A stretch of DNA of 46,471 nt, taken from contig CAZKTF010000002.1 of the NCBI GenBank assembly GCA_964555565.1, positions 1 through 46,471 on the forward strand, given 5' to 3'. This document shows, piece by piece, positions 8,164-16,845 of this stretch (position 1 is the stretch's first letter; each line of letters begins with the position of its first letter). A model generated the notes under the pieces. That model saw only the letters and a list, made by a program, of their open reading frames with translations. It searched no databases and was not told where the DNA came from. A program made the position numbers and the translations under genes. This DNA comes from an uncultured Planctomycetota bacterium (lineage in GTDB: Bacteria > Planctomycetota > JAJSAM01 > JAKLKS01).

Positions 8164-9738
8164 CTACGGATCCAGGCCGAGTTCCCTCCAGACGGGCGAG
8201 AGATCCAGACTGACCGCGGCGACGAGGGGCGCCGCCTCCCGCTCGATCTCCTTCAGCGCGGCCGCGGCGCGCTCCCTCTGCGCAGGGTCGCGGGCGAGCT
8301 CGCGGAGGGTCCGGCGGCCGGGAGCCAGGCGCGGGGAGTCCACCAATTCCTGGACGAACGCGAAAAGGATTTCCTTCATTCGGGCCGCCACGGCGGGCGG
8401 AAGCGGGTCCGCCCCCGGGGCCGCAAGGTCGAGCAGGGCCTCCTCGGGGTCCCTCCGCTCCCTGCCGACGAGCCGGACGAGACGGTTGCAGGCGGACTCG
8501 ACCCTCCTCCGCGCCTCGTTCGCGCGGCGGATCGAGTTCGTGACCACGTCCACGTGGCCCCGGTCCAGGTGTACGGAGGCGAGACCATCCTCCGCGCCTC
8601 CGCTCGTCCCGCCCTTGACCACGCGGAGGACGGGTTCCCCGTCCCGGTCCTCCCAGCCCGCCGCACCCTTGAGGCGATCGAGCCGCGCGCGGACGGCCTC
8701 CCGCGCGGAAGGGTCGAACGCGAATCGGTCCCGGCTCCAGGTGCGCAGCTCCCCGTCCTCGTTCCGCGATGGCGGCCGCCTCTCCCGCGTCCCCCCCTCG
8801 GGGGCGAACTCCCACGCGTCGAGGAGGCCGGCGATGGCGGTCGGGGTCCGGAGCGCGGAGGGAGCGACGGGCAGCGTCCCGAGGATCTCCCCCGCGACGA
8901 GCGACTCCACGACCTCCAGGGCCTGCATCGGGCCCAGGACCCGGGGATGGATCCCGCGGATCGTGCTCGCCCCGGGGCCGTCCACCACGGCGCCGAGGAA
9001 GGTGTCCCAGCGCACGAGGCTCCGCGACGCCACCTCCTCGGCCATGCGACGGCGCTCTCCAGTGAGGAGGTCGTGTACCTCGAGCCAGCGGCCGGGATCG
9101 ACCGCGGTCACCTCCCAGATCGACAGCCAGGACCGCCCCTCCGCCTCGATCCAGGATCGCTCTTCCTCCGGGACCTCGGCTCCCCGCTCGGCCAGGAACC
9201 ACTCGGCGACGGTCCTGCCGTCCAAGGGGTAGTGGAACGCGGCGCACGGAGCGAGGAGCGACATGAGCTCAGGTTCTCCCTCGGGGATCCAGGCGAAACA
9301 CTCCTCGGGGCGGAACGCGCGGCCGAATCGGTCCGCCGCGTACCGGAGGAGTTCCGGGATGCGGCGCGACTGCGAGTCCAGGAAGCGTCGCACGATGGCC
9401 GCCTCCGGAGTCGGGGCCTCCTCGGGCAGCGGGATGCGGACGGCCTCCAGGACCTGGGGCCAAGCGGGCGCATCGGCGGGATCAACCTCCTCATCGTGTT
9501 CATGGGGTCTCGCACGACCGGAGGCGTCGCGATCCTCGTCCGTGACCGGGCACCCGCAGGGCCACGTCGGCCCGGATCCCTCCCGCGGGGGGATGGGATC
9601 GTGGAAAGCGAGCCCCGGGGCGCCGTCCTCCCCCCCCTCCAGGACCCAACCCGGCGGCACCAGCCGGTCCGGGTGGCACTTCTTCACCTTCCTCCCGCTC
9701 CCGCAGGGGCAGGGGGCGTTGCGGCCGGGGGTGGCCAT
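8164..9738 (-). CDS. N-terminal SEC-C-motif protein, uncharacterised family (paralog 1)
   Basis: ATG 9738 follows GGGAGA. MATPGRNAPCPCGSGRKVKKCH is a SEC-C metal-binding motif. Collinear paralog of 30946-32454, including the C-terminal ...GRRTLRELARDPAQRERAAAALKEIERE helix. Confidence 0.75.
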   Translation of the reverse strand: MATPGRNAPCPCGSGRKVKKCHPDRLVPPGWVLEGGEDGAPGLAFHDPIPPREGSGPTWPCGCPVTDEDRDASGRARPHEHDEEVDPADAPAWPQVLEAVRIPLPEEAPTPEAAIVRRFLDSQSRRIPELLRYAADRFGRAFRPEECFAWIPEGEPELMSLLAPCAAFHYPLDGRTVAEWFLAERGAEVPEEERSWIEAEGRSWLSIWEVTAVDPGRWLEVHDLLTGERRRMAEEVASRSLVRWDTFLGAVVDGPGASTIRGIHPRVLGPMQALEVVESLVAGEILGTLPVAPSALRTPTAIAGLLDAWEFAPEGGTRERRPPSRNEDGELRTWSRDRFAFDPSAREAVRARLDRLKGAAGWEDRDGEPVLRVVKGGTSGGAEDGLASVHLDRGHVDVVTNSIRRANEARRRVESACNRLVRLVGRERRDPEEALLDLAAPGADPLPPAVAARMKEILFAFVQELVDSPRLAPGRRTLRELARDPAQRERAAAALKEIEREAAPLVAAVSLDLSPVWRELGLDP

Positions 9739-9937
9739 GGGTCGTCTCCCAGCTACGATGCCGTACCGCCAACGAGGGTACATCTCCCCGAGGACGCTCC
9801 CCGTGCCTGGAGAGAGTGGCAACGGATTGCGTTTCCACGGCCGGGCACGTCCGTCTAGAATGGTGGGCCTCTAACCTGAGCATCTGCTCCCCGCCCGACA
9901 TGGTGGCCTCCTAGTGGGGCCGCCCTCGGGCGGGGTT

Positions 9938-10534
9938 ATGTTTCCCGGACCCATCATGCGCAAGGAGCCGGCCAACAAGCGGACGGTCGTCTTCGTAGAT
10001 GGCCAGAATCTCTTCCATGGGGCTCGCGAGGCATTCGGCTACCCGGTCCCCAACTACGACATCTTCCGGCTCGCCTCGGACATCTGCATCCGGGAGAGGT
10101 TCGCGCTCGTCGGAGTGCAGTTCTACACGGGCGTCCCCGACAAGAACGACAGCGCGCACTGGAACCACTTCTGGACGGCGAAGACCGCGGTCATGGGAAG
10201 ACAGGGGGTCGTCGTCTACACGCGCCCCGTCCGCCGGGGCAAGGAGAAGGGTATCGACGTCCGCCTCGCCATCGACATCATCAGGATGGCCCACCGAGGG
10301 GAGTTCGACGTCGCCCTCGTGTTCAGCCAGGACCAGGACCTCTCCGAGGTCGCCGACGAGATCCGCCGGATCTCACAGGAGCAGGACCGCTGGATACGAA
10401 TCGTGAGCGCCTTCCCCTACAGCGCGAGTTCCCCGAACCAGCGGGGCATCAACGGGACGGACTGGATCCGGATCGACAAGGCCACCTACGACCAGAGCAT
10501 CGACACGAGGGACTACCGCCCGCCTCGGAAGTAG
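9938..10534 (+). CDS. NYN-domain (LabA/DUF88-like) putative RNase
   Basis: TVVFVDGQNLFHGA ... EKGIDVRLAIDIIRMA ... FDVALVFSQDQDLSEVA matches the NYN/LabA acidic-residue pattern. An alternative ATG lies at 9956. Confidence 0.8.
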   Translation: MFPGPIMRKEPANKRTVVFVDGQNLFHGAREAFGYPVPNYDIFRLASDICIRERFALVGVQFYTGVPDKNDSAHWNHFWTAKTAVMGRQGVVVYTRPVRRGKEKGIDVRLAIDIIRMAHRGEFDVALVFSQDQDLSEVADEIRRISQEQDRWIRIVSAFPYSASSPNQRGINGTDWIRIDKATYDQSIDTRDYRPPRK

Positions 10535-10546
10535 CAGCGGGGGCGA

Positions 10547-11332
10547 CTACAGGTCGGGCTCAACGTTCGCGTTGACGAGGAGCTTCCAACGGCTCGACCG
10601 CGGGACCCGCCCCCTCGGCGCGTTGCGAACCAGGGGAGTCTGTGAATGGGCCCTTCTGTGGACGAGCGGTTGAATCCCCCGGGCCAGCCCCCTCTTCCCC
10701 GCCCTCTCGAGGAGGAACCCGAGGCGCTGGGACCAGGACACCGGGCAGAGCCTGGCCGCCGCCCGGAGCTTCACCGGGTCGAGGGACTCGGCCAGTTCCG
10801 CGAGGACGGTCGCCACGTTGTCGAGGCCCCCGCAGCGGTGGGCATAGCCTACGAGCTCCAGCGCGGTCGTCTCCGGGCTCGAGAGGAGGAGGGTCCCCCG
10901 CGGCGTGTTCATGGCCTTCGTCGGCGTCTCCTCGAGGTCGTGGCGCGCGATGAACTCGACCTGGACCGAGCCGCACCGGAGCGGGCGACGGTTCTTCGCC
11001 ACCATCACCTGGAACCTCTGCGGTCGATGGTGGGCGGCACCGTGGAACTCGGCCGCCGTCAGGAGGCCCGCGTAGTAGCGGAGACCGAGGTGCTTCATCA
11101 GGTCCGGGACGAACTGGTCGGGCGGGAGGCAGCCCAGGGACCGGTACTCCGGCGGCACGATGACGTGGAACCCCCGGTACGGGGTCGCGATCGCCCCCTT
11201 CCTCTCCAGGCGGCGAAGAGCCGCCCGGGCAGCCACGAGGGAGCCCCCGAGCGCCTGCCGGGCCTCCCCGGTCGTGAAGTGGAGCCGGCCGCCCGCGGCC
11301 AGGTGGTCGATGTAGTCTGCGGCGGACTTCAT
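10547..11332 (-). CDS. abiEi: AbiEi-family antitoxin/transcriptional regulator, orphan (no toxin gene downstream)
   Basis: ATG 11332 follows GGAGG. N-terminal wHTH-like FTTGEARQALGGSLVAARAALRRLERKGAIATPYRGFHVIVPPEY, then the larger C-terminal domain typical of AbiEi_4-type proteins. The upstream extension to 11368 uses AT-rich rare codons. Confidence 0.65.
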   Translation of the reverse strand: MKSAADYIDHLAAGGRLHFTTGEARQALGGSLVAARAALRRLERKGAIATPYRGFHVIVPPEYRSLGCLPPDQFVPDLMKHLGLRYYAGLLTAAEFHGAAHHRPQRFQVMVAKNRRPLRCGSVQVEFIARHDLEETPTKAMNTPRGTLLLSSPETTALELVGYAHRCGGLDNVATVLAELAESLDPVKLRAAARLCPVSWSQRLGFLLERAGKRGLARGIQPLVHRRAHSQTPLVRNAPRGRVPRSSRWKLLVNANVEPDL

Positions 11333-11343
11333 GGGGCCTCCGG

Positions 11344-11396
11344 TGTCAACTCTTGCGAAATATACCATACGGCGTTACTTTTGGGAAGAGTTGACA
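11344..11396 (-). promoter_or_regulatory. AT-rich promoter/operator with 11-bp inverted repeat
   Basis: tgtcaactctt (11344-11354) and aagagttgaca (11386-11396) are exact inverted repeats. On the minus strand they bracket TTCCCA-N17-TATATT (plus-strand 11382-11387 and 11359-11364). Confidence 0.45.
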
Positions 11397-11500
11397 TGGA
11401 ACTTTGAGGAGCCGCCGGGAGGCCCCCAGCCCCCCGGTGACACCGAGGGGGACGCGCCTCCCGGGCCCTCCTCGCGGCGCCCCCCCCACCGGCTCTACGG

Positions 11501-14500
11501 TCAGGGGGCCTTGCCGCGTTCCTTCCACGCCTCGTCGATCTCGCGGTGGAGGCGGACGTTCCGGACCATGCCCTCGCGGCACTCCTCCGGCGCACGGGAC
11601 AGGACCTCGTCCAGGAGCCGTTTCGCCTCGTCGAGGTGCTCCCGGTTCCCGCTCGCGCGGAACAGGGCGAGGCGGGCTTCCATGCGGCTGGAGACGTAGA
11701 GACGCTTCTCGAGGCGCGCGAGGGCCTCCGCCGCGGCGGAGGCTTCCGCCGTGCCGGCCGCGGCCTGGTAGGCGAGGGCGACGACCTCCAGGTCAAGATC
11801 CGACCTCGCGGCGCCCATCCGGCGGGCCTCCTCGAGGAACGGTCCGGCCTCCTCGGAGCGCCCCGCGCGGACCAGCAGGGAGCCCAGCGCCAGGACGCCC
11901 TTCGCCGTCCGTACCCGGTGGCGCTCCTCCAGGGGAACAGCGATCGCCTCCCGGAGGATGTCCTCGGCCTCGCGGCTTCGCCCCTCGCTCAGCATCACCT
12001 CGGCGAGGGCGATCCGCATCTGCGGGACGAACCAGGGCAGCGGGACGTCGGCCTCCTGAGCGGCCCCCCTCTCGACGGCCTCGCGGGCCTCCGCCAGGAG
12101 CCCCAGCCCGTGGAGCGACACCGAGAGGTTCATGTTGTTCCCGATCGCCGCCATGCGGAACCCGACCTCCTTCGTCAAGGTCAGGCTGCGCTCCGTCCAC
12201 GCGCGCCCTCCCGCGTAGTCTCCCAGCGCGGTGAGCACGCACCCCAGGTTCCCCCCCGAGACCCCCTCCCCGCGCCGGTCCCCCATCTCCCGGGCGATGC
12301 CGAGGGAATGCTCGAGCAGGGGCCGGGCCTCCTCGTACCGCCCGAGGGTGAGGAAGAGGAGCCCGAGGTTCCCGGACGCGGCGGCCTCGCCGCGACGGTC
12401 GCCGATCTTCTTCGCCATCGCGAGCGACCGCTCCAGCTGGGCGGCGGCATCCTCGGAGCGGCCCAGCTCGCGCAGGACGTTCCCGAGGTGGCCCGTCGCT
12501 CGGGCCTCGGTCTCCCGATCGCCGGCTTCCCGGGCGAGGGCCAGGACCTCCCGCACGGTTTCCTCGGCCTCCTTCGTCCGCACCATCCAGAACTGGTACC
12601 ACCCGAGGCTCATGCGCGCCCGGGCGCGCAGTCCCGCGTCGCCGTCCGCGTCCGCCAGGGCAACGGCCTCCTCGACGGCCCGACCCTCCTGTTCCCGCCG
12701 GAGGAGCATGTTCAGCCGGGCCGCGGTGCGCAGCAGCACCTCGACCCGGTCCCGCCCGTGGACGAGCCCGGGGATCGCGAGGATCCGCGTCGCGAGGTCG
12801 ATAGCCGCATCGTTCCAGTAGGCGCCTTCCAGGTGCGTCAGGGCGGCGTCGAGATAGCGCCTCGCCTTCTCCCCGCGCCCGCCCTTGAGGTGGTGTTCGC
12901 ACAGTTCCACCGCGAGCGCGCCGGGGAGGTCCTTCGGATCCTTCGTGGCCACCCCCTCCCTCCCCTCCAGCGCCTCGCCGAGGGTGGCGTGGTACTCCTC
13001 GCGGAGGAGGTCGGGGAGGCCCGTGTACAGGACCTCCTGGACCTGGTGGTGGTCAAAGACGAACCGCCGCCCCGCGGAGCGGACGAGGCGGTGGGCCTTC
13101 TCGATCCCCGCGAGCCTCTGGAGGACGGGGATGCGCCCGAGGCCGAGGGCCTCCCCCACGAGGAGGGGGTCGAATTCGAACCCGCAGCAGGCGGCCACGT
13201 CGAGGAGGTTCCGCTCCTGCTCGTCGAGCCTCGCCGTGCGGGCCCGTATGAGGTCCGTCACCGAGGAGGGGATCTCGATCTCCCGGAACCCGCTCGTCTT
13301 CACCCAGGTGCCGTCGGGGTTGCGGCGGAGCGCCCCGCCCTCCCGCAGGCTCCGGAGGATCTCGAGGACGAAGAACGGGTTCCCGTCGGACTTCGCGCCG
13401 ATGCGGCCGCCGAGGTCCTCGGCGAGACTCTCGGAGCGGAAGGCCTCCACGAGGAGCCGCTGGAGGTCCTTGGGGCCGAGCCGCCCGAGCGCCACGCGGG
13501 ACGTGTGGCCGAGCCGGTCGAGCCCCGCCGTCCACTCCGCCGGGAGCCCGGGGCGCGCCGTCCCCACGAGGAGGACGCGGTGCCCGGGGATCGCGAGCGC
13601 GAGCGCCATCAGGAGCGCCCTCCCCTCCTCCGGGGCGAAGTGGAGGTCGTCCACGAGGACCACCGTGGGCCGGTCCCGGGCCAGGGCCCGCGTCGCCTCC
13701 ACGAAGGCGGTCTGGAGGGACTCCTTGGAGAGCGGCTCCGTCCCCTTCGGCGGAGGCTCCCCGCGCAGCAGCGCGGCGAAGGCCGGGACGAGCAGAGGCG
13801 TCGAGGCGAGGTGGGGTCCGAGCGCCCCTTCCAGGTCCTCCGCCCCGAACTGCTCGCGGTAGGCCGTCGAGAACGCCCCCGCCGCGGTGGCCGCCCCGCC
13901 CGGCGGATAGGAACCGTAGAGGAAGTTCAGGTCCTCCCCCTCCTGCTGGAGGAGGCCGGCCAGCTCGTCCACGAGCCGGCTCTTGCCGATGCCGGCCTCG
14001 CCCTCCACGAGGACGACCTGCCCCTCTCCGGCCTTGGCCTTCTCCCAGAGCGCGCGCAGCCGCGAGAGCTCGGTGTCGCGGCCGAAGAGGGCCGTCTCCC
14101 GAGGGATGCGGATGCGCCGGAGCGGCCGCCGCATCACCGCCCGGATCTCCCCCGACCGCCGCCGCCACCACGCCGACTCCTCGCCCTGGTCGAGGACCCC
14201 CGCCATCTCGGCCGCGGAGGCGAAGCGCTTCTCCCGGTCCCGGGCGACGAGCGTCTTCACGACCTCCTCGAAGAAGGGGGAGAGCTGCGGGTTGAGGATC
14301 GACGGGGGCTTCGGGTCCTCGTGGAGGCGCCGCCTGAGGACCGCCATCAGGTCCTCGTCCGCGAAGGGGTGCAGGCCCGTGCTGAGTTCGTAGAGCGTGA
14401 GCCCCAGCGCGTAGAGGTCAGCCCGGCCGTCGATGTCCTTCCCCCCGGCGAGGAACTGCTCCGGCGCCGCGTAGGGCACGGTCCCCACGAAGGCCCCGGT

Positions 14501-15298
14501 CAGCGAGAGCCGCACCGCCTCGTCCGCGAGCCGGGCCACGCCGAGGTCCATCACCTTCACGGCGTGGTCCCTCGTGATGAGGACGTTCTCCGGCTTGAAG
14601 TCCCGGTGCACCACGCCGATCTCGTGGATCGCGGCCAGGCCCCGGGCCGCCTCCCGGGCGACGTGCAGGCAGAGCGCCTCCGGCACCTTCCCGACCTCCG
14701 CCAGGAGGGACCGCAGCGTCTGCCCCTCCACGTACTCCATGACGAGGTAGTGGACGGACTTCCCGTCGAGGACGGCGGCGTCCACGTCGAGGGTGCGGAC
14801 GACGTTGGGGTGGCGGACCTTCTTCCCGATCTCCGCCTCGCGCAGGAACCGCTTGAAGAAGCCCTCGCCCGCTGCGAGGTGGGCGTGGACGACCTTGAGC
14901 GCGACGTCCTGCCCCGCGCGGATGCCGGCCGCCCTCCCCTCGCAGACGGCCCTGTAGACCCGGCCCATGCCGCCGGAGCCCAGTTCACGCACCAGGCGGT
15001 AGGGCCCGATGCGGCCGAGGTCGGCGTCCGGGACGGGAGCGCCCCGGGCGCCCGTCGCCACGGTGGGCTGCGGGGAGGGACCGGACTCCACGGTGATCCC
15101 GTCGTGGGAGTCCGGCCGGCCCCGGGGCTCCGCGGCGAGGCGGGCGTACTCCGCCGCAACGAGGTCGTCGCAGCCCGCGAAGAGCCGCTGGTACTCGGCG
15201 AGCGGCCGCAGCCTGCCCCGGGCCCGATCCGACGCCGCGAGTTCGCGGAAGGCGGACCGGATCTCCTCCGCCGTACGCGCTCCTTCCATGGCCGGCAA
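11501..15298 (-). CDS. Ser/Thr protein kinase fused to AAA/STAND-like ATPase and TPR repeats (PknK-like)
   Basis: Kinase motifs VALKVV, HRDFKPENVL, DLGVA and YAAPEQ. P-loop VLVEGEAGIGKSRL. Long C-terminal TPR-like repeats (LGNVLRELGRSEDA..., LGLLFLTLGRYEEA...). Confidence 0.9.
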   Translation of the reverse strand: MPAMEGARTAEEIRSAFRELAASDRARGRLRPLAEYQRLFAGCDDLVAAEYARLAAEPRGRPDSHDGITVESGPSPQPTVATGARGAPVPDADLGRIGPYRLVRELGSGGMGRVYRAVCEGRAAGIRAGQDVALKVVHAHLAAGEGFFKRFLREAEIGKKVRHPNVVRTLDVDAAVLDGKSVHYLVMEYVEGQTLRSLLAEVGKVPEALCLHVAREAARGLAAIHEIGVVHRDFKPENVLITRDHAVKVMDLGVARLADEAVRLSLTGAFVGTVPYAAPEQFLAGGKDIDGRADLYALGLTLYELSTGLHPFADEDLMAVLRRRLHEDPKPPSILNPQLSPFFEEVVKTLVARDREKRFASAAEMAGVLDQGEESAWWRRRSGEIRAVMRRPLRRIRIPRETALFGRDTELSRLRALWEKAKAGEGQVVLVEGEAGIGKSRLVDELAGLLQQEGEDLNFLYGSYPPGGAATAAGAFSTAYREQFGAEDLEGALGPHLASTPLLVPAFAALLRGEPPPKGTEPLSKESLQTAFVEATRALARDRPTVVLVDDLHFAPEEGRALLMALALAIPGHRVLLVGTARPGLPAEWTAGLDRLGHTSRVALGRLGPKDLQRLLVEAFRSESLAEDLGGRIGAKSDGNPFFVLEILRSLREGGALRRNPDGTWVKTSGFREIEIPSSVTDLIRARTARLDEQERNLLDVAACCGFEFDPLLVGEALGLGRIPVLQRLAGIEKAHRLVRSAGRRFVFDHHQVQEVLYTGLPDLLREEYHATLGEALEGREGVATKDPKDLPGALAVELCEHHLKGGRGEKARRYLDAALTHLEGAYWNDAAIDLATRILAIPGLVHGRDRVEVLLRTAARLNMLLRREQEGRAVEEAVALADADGDAGLRARARMSLGWYQFWMVRTKEAEETVREVLALAREAGDRETEARATGHLGNVLRELGRSEDAAAQLERSLAMAKKIGDRRGEAAASGNLGLLFLTLGRYEEARPLLEHSLGIAREMGDRRGEGVSGGNLGCVLTALGDYAGGRAWTERSLTLTKEVGFRMAAIGNNMNLSVSLHGLGLLAEAREAVERGAAQEADVPLPWFVPQMRIALAEVMLSEGRSREAEDILREAIAVPLEERHRVRTAKGVLALGSLLVRAGRSEEAGPFLEEARRMGAARSDLDLEVVALAYQAAAGTAEASAAAEALARLEKRLYVSSRMEARLALFRASGNREHLDEAKRLLDEVLSRAPEECREGMVRNVRLHREIDEAWKERGKAP

Positions 15299-15456
15299 GT
15301 GTACGGGAGACCAGGAGGAGGCTTCGCTCGTCGTCCGCGGCGGGGGCCTCCCCGGGGCGACGCCCCGCCCGGTCGGGCGGGTCCGGGGGTTCCCTCCCCG
15401 GACGTCGGCGAAGTTTGCCGATCCCGAATCCCCCGCCGCCGCGGGATCATGCCGCC

Positions 15457-16845
15457 ATGGCGGAAACCCGCGAGACGCCCGGCCGCGGCCCGCCGGACGA
15501 TCCCGGCGAGCACCGCGTCGCCATCGCCCTTCGCGAGGCGCTTCCCACCAGGCGCCACGGGGAGATGCTCTTCGACATGGTCGCGGAGCAACTCGGTCCT
15601 GCGGCGCGGATCGAGGCCTCCCCCGACGGGAATCACAGGACCCTCTACCGGCTCGACGGCTCGGACCCCCGGTGGGTGATCCCCTCTCCCCTCCTGACCC
15701 TCGACCGGAATCCCCGGCAGATCCTCCACATGGAGATTCCGGGCCTCAAGCCTGTCCCCCCGCTGCCGCCACGGCCGGGGAAGGCGCCCAACCTCCGCGG
15801 GCTCGGCCCCGGCTCCATCCAGCTCCAGGACGGGGTCCGGTACGTCCAGGTGGCCTACGCGGAGGACGGCCGGTGGTTCGAGCAGTCCCGCGGCGGCCCC
15901 CCGTCAACGCTGGAGGGGGTCCTCCCGCTCCTCGCCGCCAGCGGCGGCCCCGCGGTGGAGCGGCTCGCGGAGTTCATGGTCGCCCTCGACGTGGCCCGCA
16001 ACGGGCCGCTCCGGGTGTTCCTGCCGAAGCCCGAGGCCTGGAACGCGTGGGCGGCGTGGCAGAGGGGACTCTCCTACCTCCGCCTGGCCGTCTCCCGGGG
16101 GGCGATCCCGCAGGCCGCCCGGTGGGTCGCCACCGACCCGGTGGACGGGACCGCGCTCGCCTGGGGAGCGACCCGGGACGAGGCGCTGTTCGCCTGGAGC
16201 GCCGAGGTCGAGAGGGTCCGGCCGGGCTCGTCCCCGCCCCCGCGCCCCGAGCACCCCTCCTTCGAGCCGCCCGGGGAACCCGAATTGCCGCCGCCGCCGG
16301 ACGAGGAGGGCGAGGGGAAGGGCCCCCGAGGTCCCCTCCACATCCGGTTCGGCGTCTCCTTCGGCGAGCCGGATCCCATGCTCCCCCAGCCGGCACCGAC
16401 TCCTCCGTCTCCGGGGGTCATCCCTTCGGTGCTGATCTCACTCGCGGACCTCCCGCCCGAACCAGCCCCCATCGGACAGTGGCGGCGTTTCCTCGGCGGA
16501 AGCGGCGCCACCGTGCCGGCGGCCTTCCGGGAGGATCCCGCCGGGTGGACCCTCGTCGGCGCTCCGGCACTTGCGGCGCTCGGGGCTCCCGACGCCGAGG
16601 CCGCCATGGACGTGGCGGATCGGGCCCACGAGGCGTGGCTGCGGGAGAAGAACGCGAGGGAGGACCCCGCGACCCCCAAGACCGCCTGGACCATCCGCCT
16701 CTTCCGCCTCCTGGACGAGTCCACGGGGAGCCCCTGCCCTCCCGTCACGAACCAGGCCCTGCTACAGGGGAACCGGGAGGTCCCCCTCTTCGACGGCGAC
16801 TTCCTCGCCTACGGTGCGGCGAGGCTCCGGCGGACGAAGACCTGA
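15457..16845 (+). CDS. Uncharacterised protein, family A (paralog 1)
   Basis: MAETRETPGRG...EHRVAIALREALPTRRHGEMLFDM... is collinear with 21415-22776 over its full length. I recognise no domain. Its stop TGA overlaps the next ATG (TGATG at 16843-16847). Confidence 0.7.
   Translation: MAETRETPGRGPPDDPGEHRVAIALREALPTRRHGEMLFDMVAEQLGPAARIEASPDGNHRTLYRLDGSDPRWVIPSPLLTLDRNPRQILHMEIPGLKPVPPLPPRPGKAPNLRGLGPGSIQLQDGVRYVQVAYAEDGRWFEQSRGGPPSTLEGVLPLLAASGGPAVERLAEFMVALDVARNGPLRVFLPKPEAWNAWAAWQRGLSYLRLAVSRGAIPQAARWVATDPVDGTALAWGATRDEALFAWSAEVERVRPGSSPPPRPEHPSFEPPGEPELPPPPDEEGEGKGPRGPLHIRFGVSFGEPDPMLPQPAPTPPSPGVIPSVLISLADLPPEPAPIGQWRRFLGGSGATVPAAFREDPAGWTLVGAPALAALGAPDAEAAMDVADRAHEAWLREKNAREDPATPKTAWTIRLFRLLDESTGSPCPPVTNQALLQGNREVPLFDGDFLAYGAARLRRTKT

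Noticed and set aside
15371-15410. Possible fourth decayed tRNA-Asp T-arm remnant (gtccgggggttccctccccgg) just upstream of family-A paralog 1, mirroring the tRNA-proximal position of paralog 2.
   Set aside because: Only the core cgggggttc matches well. The rest needs a 4-nt gap and many mismatches. I cannot distinguish this from chance by eye.
11546-15679. 1377-aa plus-strand ORF. Similar very long ORFs include 1423-3039(-), 3266-5842(-), 7592-9247(-), 22736-24499(-), 22882-25644(+), 25547-26995(-), 39363-42431(+) and 27158-28756(-).
   Set aside because: These are Arg/Pro/Gly/Glu-rich low-complexity translations lying antisense or out of frame to motif-rich genes (kinase, GHKL, SNF2, transposase and others). 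Such long shadow ORFs are expected in very GC-rich DNA because stop codons are rare. Two of them even begin inside tRNA sequences.
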